64,000 nucleotides of DNA from an uncultured Pelagibacteraceae bacterium (GCA_902604565.1 CACKZF010000002.1:4693-68692), one strand, 5' to 3'. Shown: positions 49,320 to 59,375, counted from the first letter of the stretch. A program made the numbers and translations. Notes: generated by a model from the sequence alone, not told the origin.

Positions 49320-50540
49320 ATGAAAAAAATACTAGTTACTTTATTGTTTTTACTTTTTGGAACAGTAGCTAACGCTGACTGTAACATTAAAAGTGGATCA
49401 ATAAATATTTTAGCAAATGATTTTCCTGCTCTTAGAACTTTAGTTGAAACTGCAAAAGAATGTAAAGGAAGTGCTGACTTTAAAGTCACCCACTCAGCTG
49501 AACACAACAAAATTGCAGTACCAGCTTTAACAGCAAATCCTTCTGAGTTTTCAGTTAGAGTCGCTGCTAATAGTTCTATAGTTCCATTAATGAATGCTGA
49601 TTTAATTAGACCAATGAATGATCTAGTTAAAAAATATGGAAAAGGAATTCAAGAGTCACAACTTATTACAATTGATGGAAAAGTAATGGCTGTAGCATTT
49701 ATGGCTAATACTCAACATCTTTATGTAAGAACAGATGTTTTAAAAGAAAATGGAATTGCCATTCCAAAAACTTACGAGGAAGTTGTAGCGGCTGCTGAAA
49801 AAATCAGAGCAGCTGGGAAAATGAAATATCCTTATGCAGCAGCTTACAAAGCAGGTTGGAACCTAGCTGAAGAATTTGTAAACATGTACATTGGTCATGG
49901 TGGTGAATTCTTTAAAGATGGTGGTGCACAACCAAACATCAATAATGCTAAAGGTGTAGCAACTTTGAATATGTTAAAAAAACTGGCTGATTTAAGTAAC
50001 CCTGATTATTTAACGCATGATAGTGAAGCTATCAAAGTTGAGTGGGAATCTGGAAATGTTGCAATTATGACTTTATGGGCATCTAGATCTGGAACATTAC
50101 TTGACGATGAAGGTGATGCGAAAATAACTGCTGCTACTAAATTAGTTGCTCCTGCAACAGTTGGTGGTGGTAATATTCCTGCAGCAACACTTTGGTGGGA
50201 CGGATTTACACTTGCTAAAAATAGATCTGACGCAGATGCAGAAGCTTCTTTTAGAGCAATGGCTCATGCAGCATCATCAAAAGAGATGGTTGCAAAAGCT
50301 GCTGATCAAGCTGTTTGGTTAGTAGAAGGCTTTGTACCTGGTCCAAAATCTGTTGGAGTAATTGAAGCAGTTAAAATGGGAGCAAAACCTTATCCAATGT
50401 TGCCACAAATGGGATTAATGCATGGTGCTTTGGGTAGTGAAATTGTTGAGTTTTTGCAAGGTAATGAGTCAGCTGAGCAAGCATTGAAAGATGTTGAAGC
50501 TGCTTATATCACTAAAGCAAAAGAACAAGGTTTTCTATAA
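49320..50540 (+). CDS. Carbohydrate-type ABC substrate-binding protein
   Basis: Signal peptide, ANTQHLYVRTD, PKTYEEV, TLWWDGF. Confidence 0.85.
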   Translation: MKKILVTLLFLLFGTVANADCNIKSGSINILANDFPALRTLVETAKECKGSADFKVTHSAEHNKIAVPALTANPSEFSVRVAANSSIVPLMNADLIRPMNDLVKKYGKGIQESQLITIDGKVMAVAFMANTQHLYVRTDVLKENGIAIPKTYEEVVAAAEKIRAAGKMKYPYAAAYKAGWNLAEEFVNMYIGHGGEFFKDGGAQPNINNAKGVATLNMLKKLADLSNPDYLTHDSEAIKVEWESGNVAIMTLWASRSGTLLDDEGDAKITAATKLVAPATVGGGNIPAATLWWDGFTLAKNRSDADAEASFRAMAHAASSKEMVAKAADQAVWLVEGFVPGPKSVGVIEAVKMGAKPYPMLPQMGLMHGALGSEIVEFLQGNESAEQALKDVEAAYITKAKEQGFL

Positions 50541-50553
50541 AATATAAATTAAT

Positions 50554-50581
50554 TAAGTGGGGATATAACTATCCCCACTTA
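50554..50581 (+). terminator. Hairpin after the SBP gene (stabiliser or partial terminator)
   Basis: TAAGTGGGGATA-TAAC-TATCCCCACTTA. Confidence 0.65.
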
Positions 50582-50591
50582 TAAATTTATC

Positions 50592-51620
50592 ATGCCCAAT
50601 AGAAGTTTTTTCTGGTTTTTTTTCCCAGCAGGTTTAGCAATGATTTTATTCATTGGGCTACCAATTATTTCAACAGGGATTCAATCTTTTTACGCTCAAC
50701 ATGATCAAATACTCATTGAAGTTAAAAAATGTGATCCATTTGGATGCAAAACATCAGTAGTTGTAGATCAAGAAGCTACTTCAAAAATTAAAGAAGAGAA
50801 ACCATTAGGAAAATTTAATGGTTTTGGTACATACATTGACAGAAATCACTTGGCATCTGATCAAGTGTCAGAATTTTGGAGTGAGAGTAAATCATTAGGT
50901 GAATTTATTGGCAAAGTAGGAAATCTTCCGTTTTACAAAGCTTTAGTATTTACCTTAACCTATTGTGTAATTGTTACACCATGCGTTCTGCTTTTAGGAT
51001 TTATTATTGCACTAAGTCTTAACGCAATTTCTAGAAAAATTAGAGGTCCCCTTATTTTTGGTACAATTTTACCAATGATTGTAACTCCTTTGGTAGGTTC
51101 TCTAGTGTTATTCTGGATGATTGATGCAGAAGGAATTATAGGTGCAAATCTTCAAATATTAATGGATGATCCTTACTTATCTGTTAAATCATCAAAAGCT
51201 TTAACTTGGATTACAATTATTATTTATGGAGTTTGGCATCACTCCCCTTTTGCTTTTGTTGTTTTTTATGCAGCACTTCAAACTGTTCCACAAGAACCAT
51301 TGGAAGCTTCAATTATAGATGGTGCTTCAAGATTTCAAAGAGTTAAACATATAGTTTTACCTCATATATATCCTGTAGTTACCTTTGTTGCTTTAATTTC
51401 ATTAATGGATAATTTTAGAGTATTTGAACCCATCATAGGTTTTAGTGCTGAGGGTAGTGCCCAATCTTTATCTTGGTTGATATATGATAACTTAGTTAAT
51501 GAGGAAGTAATTTTATTTGGATCAGCAGCAGCAACATCGATTATGACTATTGTAGGAATTTCAATAATTTTAACGCCAGTTTTACTGAGAACTTGGAAAG
51601 AGTTTAGAACAAATAGATAA
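50592..51620 (+). CDS. Carbohydrate ABC permease (MalF/UgpA type)
   Basis: LPMIVTP, EASIIDGAS, DNFRVFEP. Confidence 0.87.
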   Translation: MPNRSFFWFFFPAGLAMILFIGLPIISTGIQSFYAQHDQILIEVKKCDPFGCKTSVVVDQEATSKIKEEKPLGKFNGFGTYIDRNHLASDQVSEFWSESKSLGEFIGKVGNLPFYKALVFTLTYCVIVTPCVLLLGFIIALSLNAISRKIRGPLIFGTILPMIVTPLVGSLVLFWMIDAEGIIGANLQILMDDPYLSVKSSKALTWITIIIYGVWHHSPFAFVVFYAALQTVPQEPLEASIIDGASRFQRVKHIVLPHIYPVVTFVALISLMDNFRVFEPIIGFSAEGSAQSLSWLIYDNLVNEEVILFGSAAATSIMTIVGISIILTPVLLRTWKEFRTNR

Positions 51621-51622
51621 TT

Positions 51623-52504
51623 ATGGATTTTGGATTAGATAAAAAATCAAACAGTTTAAAAACCTTCAACACGATATTTATAGTTATATGGTTGTTACTT
51701 GCATGTTTTCCATTTATTTGGACGTTTTGGGGATCCTTTAAAGTCAGAGCTGACTTTTTCTCAAGAGCTGATTGGTGGTATGCAATAACAGCTTTTAATA
51801 CTTTAATTGAGACTGGCGCTAGATTTACCAAGGAAGCTTATAGTGGCGCGTGGTTTGAAGGTGAATTTTGGAAAGCTTCAAGAAATACAGTAATAGTTAC
51901 AATTAGTGTTGTTTCAATTTCATTATTTCTTGGCACATTAGGTGCATACGCACTATCCAGATCTACAAAAAATTATGCATTTTGGATTTTAATTATTGCT
52001 TTAATTTTTAGAGCAATGCCGCATATAACATTGGTGTCAGGTTATCTATTCCCTTTTTTTCAATTACAAATTTGGGGAATTTTACCAACCACAATTGTAG
52101 TTCTTGTTGCAATCAATCAACCTTTTACCTTATGGCTCCTTTATTCATTTTTTAAAACTGTGCCTAAAGAATTAGATGAAAGTGCCTTGATTGATGGTTG
52201 TTCATACTTCCAAGCCTTTAGACATATTATAATGCCAGTGATGTGGCCAGGCGTAATCACAGCTGGATTGTTTAGTCTCATGTTAGCTTATAATGACTTT
52301 ACTGTAACAGCTTTATTGTTAAACCAAGAGAACCACACTATGGTTCCCAAAATTCAAAGTTACCTTGGAACCAATCAGCATGAAGGAAATTTAATGTGGG
52401 CTGTATCTGCAGTTGTGTCTGCTACCGCTCCATTATTTCTATTAGTAATGTTTTTTCAAAGACAGGTTATAAGTGGATTAACCGCTGGTGCCATTAAAGG
52501 CTAA
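51623..52504 (+). CDS. Carbohydrate ABC permease (MalG/UgpE type)
   Basis: PKELDESALIDGC, GLTAGAIKG C-terminus. Confidence 0.87.
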   Translation: MDFGLDKKSNSLKTFNTIFIVIWLLLACFPFIWTFWGSFKVRADFFSRADWWYAITAFNTLIETGARFTKEAYSGAWFEGEFWKASRNTVIVTISVVSISLFLGTLGAYALSRSTKNYAFWILIIALIFRAMPHITLVSGYLFPFFQLQIWGILPTTIVVLVAINQPFTLWLLYSFFKTVPKELDESALIDGCSYFQAFRHIIMPVMWPGVITAGLFSLMLAYNDFTVTALLLNQENHTMVPKIQSYLGTNQHEGNLMWAVSAVVSATAPLFLLVMFFQRQVISGLTAGAIKG

Positions 52505-53163
52505 TGCCAATCAAAGCAGTCTTATTTGGTTCAATTGGAACAATTATTGAGACCTCTGATATACAAAGAAATTGTTTTAATCAAGCATTTCAAAAAGTAG
52601 GATTAAATTGGTACTGGAGTAAAAAAATTTATAAATCTATGTTAAAAAAACCAGGTGGAGAGAAAAGAGTTAGGAAATACAGTTTAGAAAATAATACATC
52701 TACTAATGCAAAAAAAATAAGAAATTTAAAAACATTAATATTTAATAATTATTTAAAAAAAAATAAAATAAAACCAAGACCTGGGGTCTTAAATATTATC
52801 AGTTACTGTAAGAGAAACAAAATAAAAATAGGATTTGCTACATCTACAACAAAAAATAATATTGATTCAGTTTTTTTATCCACAGTAAAATATCTTAAGA
52901 AGAAAGATTTTAATTATATTGGTAATACCACTGGGAATAAAAATACAAAATCAAAATTAGAAGTTTACAAACATTGTTTAAAGAAACTTAAATTGAAAAA
53001 TGATGAATGTATTGCAATTGAAGATACCGAAATTAGCCTAAAATCAGCCGTTGAAGCAAAAATTAAATGTATTGCTTTTCCAGGAGATTTTCATACCGAT
53101 AGTAAGTTCAAAAACTCTCAGATAAGGGTAAGAAAGTTAAAAACTAGTTTAATATTTAATTAG
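52504..53163 (+). CDS. CbbY-like HAD-fold protein lacking the canonical DxD motif
   Basis: AVLFGSIGTIIETS, QR..FN.AF...GL.W.W, PRPGV, AIEDT; TAATG-coupled to the permease. Confidence 0.7.
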   Translation: MPIKAVLFGSIGTIIETSDIQRNCFNQAFQKVGLNWYWSKKIYKSMLKKPGGEKRVRKYSLENNTSTNAKKIRNLKTLIFNNYLKKNKIKPRPGVLNIISYCKRNKIKIGFATSTTKNNIDSVFLSTVKYLKKKDFNYIGNTTGNKNTKSKLEVYKHCLKKLKLKNDECIAIEDTEISLKSAVEAKIKCIAFPGDFHTDSKFKNSQIRVRKLKTSLIFN

Positions 53164-53612
53164 AGTGAATTTATTAAATCTGGAGCCATTTTCTTAGATT
53201 TTGACGAAAATCTAAGTTTTTTTATTGCTTCTAGGTTTGATTTATCATCACCAACAACCACAAAACCAATCATACCCATATTTTTATGGGGTGTGCACCA
53301 GTATGCGTAAATTCCAGGAACTTCAAATTTGTATTCAACATCCTTATTGAATTTTGACTTGAATTTGCCAACGCCTTCTGGAACTCCTTTTTTTATAAAT
53401 TCGACGTTGTGACCTTTATCTTTGGCTTTCCAAAGAACTGTGTCTCCAACGTCTACTCTTACTATCTTTGGCTCAAAAACATTTGACTGTTTGTCCAGTC
53501 TATTTAACATTTCTACTGTTACATCTGCAGCTAAACCGATATTTGCAAAAAGTGTTGTTAAAAAAAAGGTAGTGATGATTAAAAATTTATTGTGTGATTT
53601 CATGCGATGCAT
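53160..53612 (-). CDS. Pseudoazurin (type 1 blue copper protein)
   Basis: Signal peptide, VEMLN, GHNVEF, YWCTPHKNMGM; the start may be 53603. Confidence 0.88.
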   Translation of the reverse strand: MHRMKSHNKFLIITTFFLTTLFANIGLAADVTVEMLNRLDKQSNVFEPKIVRVDVGDTVLWKAKDKGHNVEFIKKGVPEGVGKFKSKFNKDVEYKFEVPGIYAYWCTPHKNMGMIGFVVVGDDKSNLEAIKKLRFSSKSKKMAPDLINSL

Positions 53613-53676
53613 ATATGCTTTTAAAATAATCTTACAATAAGCAATATCTGTTACAAGTTGACACGGCCTGTAAGAA

Positions 53677-54843
53677 TTAAACTTTTCTTGATAATCTATC
53701 TGCTCTTAGTGTTGTGAAAATAATTATAATTAAAAAAGGTATGCAAAGCATATTCATTGTTTTCCAGCTAGTATAACTTAAAACAACACCAGCTGTTAAA
53801 CTTGCAGTAGCTTGAATTGAAAAAACTATAAAATCATTAAAACCTTGAGCTCTAAACCTTTCTTCTTCTCTATAATTTAATACAAGTAAGCTTGTTCCAG
53901 ATATAAATAGAAAATTCCATCCAAGACCTAAAAATATCAATGAAAATAAATAGTTTGTAACTGTTTGATCAAGATAACTCAGAAATATTGTGATTATAAA
54001 AAATAGTACACCACAATACATAATTTTGCTGTGTCCAAATTTTTTTATGAGATTTCCAGTAACTAATGCTGGCAGGAACATACTAATTATGTGTAATTGA
54101 ATTACAAAACTGGTGCTGTTTAAAGACATATTATCATTAATATGCATGCTTATTGGAGTAGCAGTCATTAAAAAAGACATTACTGCATAAGCAAAGGATG
54201 AGGAGACTAAAGCCTGAAGAAACCTTGGTTGAGAAATTAATTTTAAAATTGATCTTCCTCTTGAAATTTTTTTTTTATCAGTAACTTTCTTTTCATTATA
54301 AAAAACTAAAAAAATAATTGATGATAAAGTTAATAATGACAAACATAGATAAGAGCCAACATATAAACCCTCTGAAATTATATTCTTTCCAAGATTTGCT
54401 AGATTAGGACCTAATAGAGCTGATAAAATTCCTGCAAAAAGTAATAAAGAAATGGCTTTTGGAGCCTGTTTTTTATCTACACTTTCAGCAGCAGCAAAAC
54501 GATATTGATGAGCAAATGCCATCCCAAATCCAAGTGAAAAGCATGAGAATGAATAAAGAATAAAATTTTGTTTCATCACTGCATAGGCTGCCAGTAAAGC
54601 AAACAATGAGCTTGTTATGGATGAAAGTATAAAGCCTTTTTTTCTACCAGTGATACTCATTATTTTAGAAGCAACTATTATAAAAAGAGCTGTGCCAACA
54701 ATTGATAACGACATTGGCAAAGTCGACAAAGATTTAATTGGGCTTATGCTAGATCCAATTATTCCACTTAAAAACACTGTTACAGGTGCAACTGAAAATG
54801 CAAATGCATTGCTAGCGAATAGCAACCATACATTTTTATTCAT
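53677..54843 (-). CDS. MFS transporter
   Basis: 12 TM; GRKKGF, QYRFAAAE, MTATPISM, GLGWNF. Confidence 0.85.
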   Translation of the reverse strand: MNKNVWLLFASNAFAFSVAPVTVFLSGIIGSSISPIKSLSTLPMSLSIVGTALFIIVASKIMSITGRKKGFILSSITSSLFALLAAYAVMKQNFILYSFSCFSLGFGMAFAHQYRFAAAESVDKKQAPKAISLLLFAGILSALLGPNLANLGKNIISEGLYVGSYLCLSLLTLSSIIFLVFYNEKKVTDKKKISRGRSILKLISQPRFLQALVSSSFAYAVMSFLMTATPISMHINDNMSLNSTSFVIQLHIISMFLPALVTGNLIKKFGHSKIMYCGVLFFIITIFLSYLDQTVTNYLFSLIFLGLGWNFLFISGTSLLVLNYREEERFRAQGFNDFIVFSIQATASLTAGVVLSYTSWKTMNMLCIPFLIIIIFTTLRADRLSRKV

Positions 54844-54850
54844 TAGAGTA

Positions 54851-56353
54851 TTAAACTCTTTTCTTACCTTGAACTACTCTGTCCAATATTAAAGCGACAA
54901 ATAATATTGCAATACCAGCTAAAATTCCTTGTCCAACATTTGCATATTGAAGTGCCTCAAGTACATCTTGTCCTAAACCTTTTGCTCCGATCAGTGAAGC
55001 TACAACAACCATTGCTAAACTTAACATCACAGTTTGATTTACACCAGCAAGTATTGAAGGTGTCGCCAATGGTAAATCTACTTTTCTTAACAAATACCAT
55101 TTGGATGCACCATAAGCTATTGCAGCTTCTCTTATAGTTTCAGGAACGCCTCTTAAACCTAACACTGTAAGTCTAACAACAGGTGTTCCTCCAAAAATCA
55201 TTGTAATGATGACAGCCGCAACTTTACCTGTTCCAAAAAACGCAATGACTGGAATCATAAATACAAATGCAGGCATAGTTTGCATAAAATCCATTATTGG
55301 TCTTATCATTGAATAAAATCTTTGACGTCTCGCACAATAAATTCCTAAAGGTATTCCAATAACAATACTTAGTATTGCAGCTGTACCAAGTAAAGCAAGT
55401 GTGGTCATTGCTTTAACCCAAAATCCCAAAAAACCCATGTAAGCTAAAAATCCTGCAGAGTATATTGCGGTTCTTATTCCTGCTGATAAAGCAGTTAAAA
55501 CTACAATGGTAGTTATGATCACAATCCAAGGTGTTTTTACAAATAACAATTCTAAAAAATCAAGAACAGATCTTATTCCAATTGTAATTGCAGTAAATAC
55601 TGCGTCTCCTTTAATAACAGCATAATCAAAAATTGTTTCTACCCATTTAATAGAAGTAAGTCTTATTTCTGGATGAGTAGGAAAATCATTCATTATTGAG
55701 AAGAAACCTGGGAAACTATAATGTATTACTGAAAAAAACATTATCACTATTGTAAAACCAATGCTAAGTAAGTAATTTTTTGGTTTCATGCCAGGACTTA
55801 TTGATTTATTTGATAACCACTCAGAGTATCTTTTTTCTAAAACAGTATTGGCTAATATTCCTTGAATAAATTTTACAAAAATTAATAATATAATCCCTGA
55901 AATAGTTATCCATATTGCTGAAGCCTCGATTTGCTGAACATCAACTACATATTCTTTCATTGCGTCTTCAAGTGATTTGATTGCCCTTTCGTAGACTTCG
56001 ACTTTTTCTGGGTTATTTTCTTTTGCAGCCTCTAATTGTTTGTATCTAAAATCGATAGTTGATTGAATTTTGTCAATTTTTTCAACTGCATCTTTAGTGA
56101 TGTTGCCAAATAATCCTCTAACAATTTGAACAACAGCAAATGTTTCCACAATTAGAAATGCCAGAGCGTAATTCCATACATTTCTTAGTCCAAACCATAC
56201 AGGTCCAAACAATGCTGCAAAAAGGTTAAAAGAGTAAGAGTATGATGGTTTGCTACCAATTTTTTTAAACTCTTTGATATAATAATCTGGATTTGAAATT
56301 ACAAAATTTTTGATAAGTTCGGATCTTGATAAATTTTTAATTTCCTTACTCAT
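54851..56353 (-). CDS. proW: ProW-type betaine/osmolyte ABC permease with N-terminal extension
   Basis: DFMQTMPAFVF, GVNQTVMLSLAMVV, IGAKGLG; start uncertain (56353-56371). Confidence 0.8.
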   Translation of the reverse strand: MSKEIKNLSRSELIKNFVISNPDYYIKEFKKIGSKPSYSYSFNLFAALFGPVWFGLRNVWNYALAFLIVETFAVVQIVRGLFGNITKDAVEKIDKIQSTIDFRYKQLEAAKENNPEKVEVYERAIKSLEDAMKEYVVDVQQIEASAIWITISGIILLIFVKFIQGILANTVLEKRYSEWLSNKSISPGMKPKNYLLSIGFTIVIMFFSVIHYSFPGFFSIMNDFPTHPEIRLTSIKWVETIFDYAVIKGDAVFTAITIGIRSVLDFLELLFVKTPWIVIITTIVVLTALSAGIRTAIYSAGFLAYMGFLGFWVKAMTTLALLGTAAILSIVIGIPLGIYCARRQRFYSMIRPIMDFMQTMPAFVFMIPVIAFFGTGKVAAVIITMIFGGTPVVRLTVLGLRGVPETIREAAIAYGASKWYLLRKVDLPLATPSILAGVNQTVMLSLAMVVVASLIGAKGLGQDVLEALQYANVGQGILAGIAILFVALILDRVVQGKKRV

Positions 56354-57398
56354 TCTCATTTCCTTCAACAACTGCCTTTAATAGGTCTGATTGAGTAATA
56401 ATTCCAACTTCCGTATTATGATCATTTACAACTACAATTGGTTTATCTTTAGAAACAGAAGTTTCAATAAGTTTGCTTAATATGTCGTTTTCATTTACTT
56501 TTTCATTATTACTTAAATTTTCCCCGAAGTTTTTTTTATATTGCTCTAAAGGTTGCATAATAGTTTTAGCCTGAACAACTTTTAATCTTGAAATTCCTTT
56601 TACAAAATCTGCAACATAATCATCAGATGGATTTACAACTATTTCTTCAGGGGTTCCGATTTGAACTACTCTTCCATCTCGCATTATTGCTATTCTATGT
56701 CCAACTCTTACAGCTTCATCAAGATCATGAGTTATAAATACAGTTGTCTTTTTCATTTGTTTTGAAAGTTTAATAAACTCTGTTTGAAGCTGGCGTCTTA
56801 TAAGCGGATCAAGTGCACTAAAAGGCTCATCCATGAGTAAAAATTCAGGATCAGCAGCTAATGCTCTTGCCAACCCTACTCTTTGTTGCATTCCTCCAGA
56901 TAATTCATGTGCGTATTTATTACCCCACCCTTGTAATTCAACAATATTTAAGATGTTATTTGCTGCATCTAACCTATCGTTTTTACTTACTCCTCTTATT
57001 TCTAAAGGCATTGCAATATTATCTAAAACAGATCTGTGGGGCATCAATGCAAAATTTTGAAAAACCATACCAATTTTTTTATTTCTAAGTTCTTGTAAAT
57101 TTTCTTTATTAAATTGCATTACATCCTGGTTGTTTATTAAAATTTTTCCAGATGTTGGCTCTAATAATCTATTAATATGCCTTACAAGTGTTGACTTACC
57201 ACTTCCAGATAATCCCATAACACAAAAGATTTCTCCTTTATTAACATCAAATGAAACATCGGAAACACCAATCACTGAATTGTATTTTTCTAAAGCTTCT
57301 TGTTTTGAAATTTTCTTATTTTGTATTGCGTCCAATGCATCATTGGATGTATTTCCGAATATTTTCCAAACGTTTTGGATCTGTATAGCAGCTTCCAT
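56346..57398 (-). CDS. proV: ProV-type ABC ATPase
   Basis: VWKIFG, MGLSGSGKST, DEPFSALDPLIR. Confidence 0.88.
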   Translation of the reverse strand: MEAAIQIQNVWKIFGNTSNDALDAIQNKKISKQEALEKYNSVIGVSDVSFDVNKGEIFCVMGLSGSGKSTLVRHINRLLEPTSGKILINNQDVMQFNKENLQELRNKKIGMVFQNFALMPHRSVLDNIAMPLEIRGVSKNDRLDAANNILNIVELQGWGNKYAHELSGGMQQRVGLARALAADPEFLLMDEPFSALDPLIRRQLQTEFIKLSKQMKKTTVFITHDLDEAVRVGHRIAIMRDGRVVQIGTPEEIVVNPSDDYVADFVKGISRLKVVQAKTIMQPLEQYKKNFGENLSNNEKVNENDILSKLIETSVSKDKPIVVVNDHNTEVGIITQSDLLKAVVEGNENE

Positions 57399-57431
57399 AA
57401 AAGGATTTTAGCTTAATATTATTGAAAATGA

Positions 57432-57458
57432 TACCTGGCAACTATAAGTCGCCAGGTA
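57432..57458 (-). terminator. Hairpin after the proX-like gene
   Basis: TACCTGGCAACT-ATA-AGTCGCCAGGTA. Confidence 0.6.
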
Positions 57459-57480
57459 AATTAAATTTAAATTGACTAAA

Positions 57481-58443
57481 TTAAAGACCTAACCAACCAT
57501 CAACTGTTGATTTATTTTTAGCCATCCAGTCTCTTGCAACTTCTCCTGGGTCTCTTTTTTGAACTGATACTTCGTATGCCATCCAAGAAACATCATCTGC
57601 TGTGATCTGGAAATTTTTAAAAAATTCAACAATCGCTGGTGATTTACTTTCTAAAGAAGTTCCCCATCCGATTTGAATTTGTTTCAAAGCATCCTTTGAA
57701 GCTACATATGATTTTTGATACCAATCTGCATCTGCTTTTGGTTGAATCATTTTATATTTAGCTGGATCATACTTTGGTTCTTCCAACATAACTACATCAG
57801 CCATTCCCCAAATAGCATGAGGTTTGTAACAATAAAATGCGTAACCCTCACCCTTTTTGATCGAATCTAAAACTCTAGCATTTTTTACAGCCTCAGCAGC
57901 TCTTATTGGTTCTATACCAGCATCGTAAAGTTTATAGTCTCTAAGTTTTACTTGGTTTACATTTGCAGAAGCCCATCCATCAGCACCAATCCAAAACTCA
58001 CCTTTTCCATTTCCATCACTGTCCATTGCTTTAACAACTTCTGGTCTCCCCAAATCTTCTATTGCAGTAATATTCATTTTTTTTGCAAATTGTTGAGAAA
58101 CACAATAGCCTTGATTTCCCTCATAAGGATTTTTGCTTAATTTTAATGTTCCTTTTGGTACTAAATCTTTTGTATAAGCTTCTTGATTTGGTAGCCAAAT
58201 ATCAGGGTGAACTTCGATTTCACCTTTGCTTCTATCAATCGCTCCATAGATTGCAGTATTGTTTCCTGGAACTAACTCGGCTTCACCACCCATTTTGTCA
58301 ATGACAACAGCAGCAAGTAAATTTGCAATTGCAGTTGCGCCCGTCCAACCAGGATCACCAATTTTTACTTTTTCAGCAAAACTTGAGGCTGGTACAAATA
58401 ATGAAATTACTCCAGCCACAAGAATTTTTTTGATTATATTCAT
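57481..58443 (-). CDS. proX: ProX-type betaine/osmolyte-binding protein (ligand uncertain)
   Basis: DPGWTG, HPDIWLPN, GADGW, YKPH; in an operon with proV and proW. Confidence 0.75.
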   Translation of the reverse strand: MNIIKKILVAGVISLFVPASSFAEKVKIGDPGWTGATAIANLLAAVVIDKMGGEAELVPGNNTAIYGAIDRSKGEIEVHPDIWLPNQEAYTKDLVPKGTLKLSKNPYEGNQGYCVSQQFAKKMNITAIEDLGRPEVVKAMDSDGNGKGEFWIGADGWASANVNQVKLRDYKLYDAGIEPIRAAEAVKNARVLDSIKKGEGYAFYCYKPHAIWGMADVVMLEEPKYDPAKYKMIQPKADADWYQKSYVASKDALKQIQIGWGTSLESKSPAIVEFFKNFQITADDVSWMAYEVSVQKRDPGEVARDWMAKNKSTVDGWLGL

Positions 58444-58562
58444 ATTTTCCCCATTTAAGTTGTTTTTTATAAATAAAATCTAACTTTGTTTTAAATTTAG
58501 AGTCAACATTTCTAATAAGCTAAAATGTAAATACTGCTATGCAAAAGCCTAAAATGGCCGAT

Positions 58563-59315
58563 TTAAATAAGAAAGTCCTCAACAACTTGGTTAAATTTCT
58601 GGGGCTGCTCAAGATGTACATTGTGACAGCAGTTCATAAATATTTTTAAATCACTATCAGGAATATTATTGTTAAGTGTTGAGACTTGTTCAAAATTATA
58701 AGATTTGTCTTTATCTCCCCAAATTATCAAGGTTTTGTTTTTTATTTTTTTTAAATTTTCTAATCCATTCCAGTCTCTCATGGCTATTAGGGCGTTACGC
58801 GCTGTTTCTTCAGATATATTTTTAACTGCTTTTTCACATAAATAATAATTTTTGGCTTGATCTCCTTCAACAAACCACTTTGGTGGTATTCTTTTTACTT
58901 GTTCCTTAATTCCTTCCTCACCCAGCTTTTTTATCGATGTATTTATAGGTTCAAATCTTCCTGGAATGTCACCAATAGGTCCAGTAGCGAAACAAATCAA
59001 TTTATTAATTCTATCTCCAGATAGATTTGCAATTTCTTGTACTATCATTCCACCCATCGAGTGACCCATTAAATTAAACTTATCTATATTTTTTAAATCA
59101 ATTTGTTGAATAATGAATTTAGCCATTAAACTAATACTGTTTAAAGATTTTGCATTAAAGCTTTCACCAAAACCAGGCAAAGCTGGTGCAATAATTCTAA
59201 ATTTTTTATGCAGATAATCTTTTTGAAGTTTCCACATTTCTGATGACCCTAGATATCCATGAACTAAAACTAGTGGATATCCTGAACCTATATCATCAAT
59301 ATAAATATCTTGCAT
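58563..59315 (-). CDS. Alpha/beta hydrolase
   Basis: VHGYLG, GHSMGG, WGDKD, CHNVHLE. Confidence 0.85.
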   Translation of the reverse strand: MQDIYIDDIGSGYPLVLVHGYLGSSEMWKLQKDYLHKKFRIIAPALPGFGESFNAKSLNSISLMAKFIIQQIDLKNIDKFNLMGHSMGGMIVQEIANLSGDRINKLICFATGPIGDIPGRFEPINTSIKKLGEEGIKEQVKRIPPKWFVEGDQAKNYYLCEKAVKNISEETARNALIAMRDWNGLENLKKIKNKTLIIWGDKDKSYNFEQVSTLNNNIPDSDLKIFMNCCHNVHLEQPQKFNQVVEDFLI

Positions 59316-59375
59316 AATTGTTTATAAAATATAGTTGTATATTGTAACTTTTAAAACAAAATTCAAAGTAGATTT

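Noticed and set aside
57481-58443. TMAO-binding TmoX
   Set aside because: Lacks the HNWSSQ-type N-terminal motif I associate with TmoX; left as ProX-like with unknown ligand.
58515-58560. CTAAAATG half-matches to the putative operator upstream of the proX-like gene
   Set aside because: Only the AT-rich core matches; the TGTC and GGGT flanks are missing.
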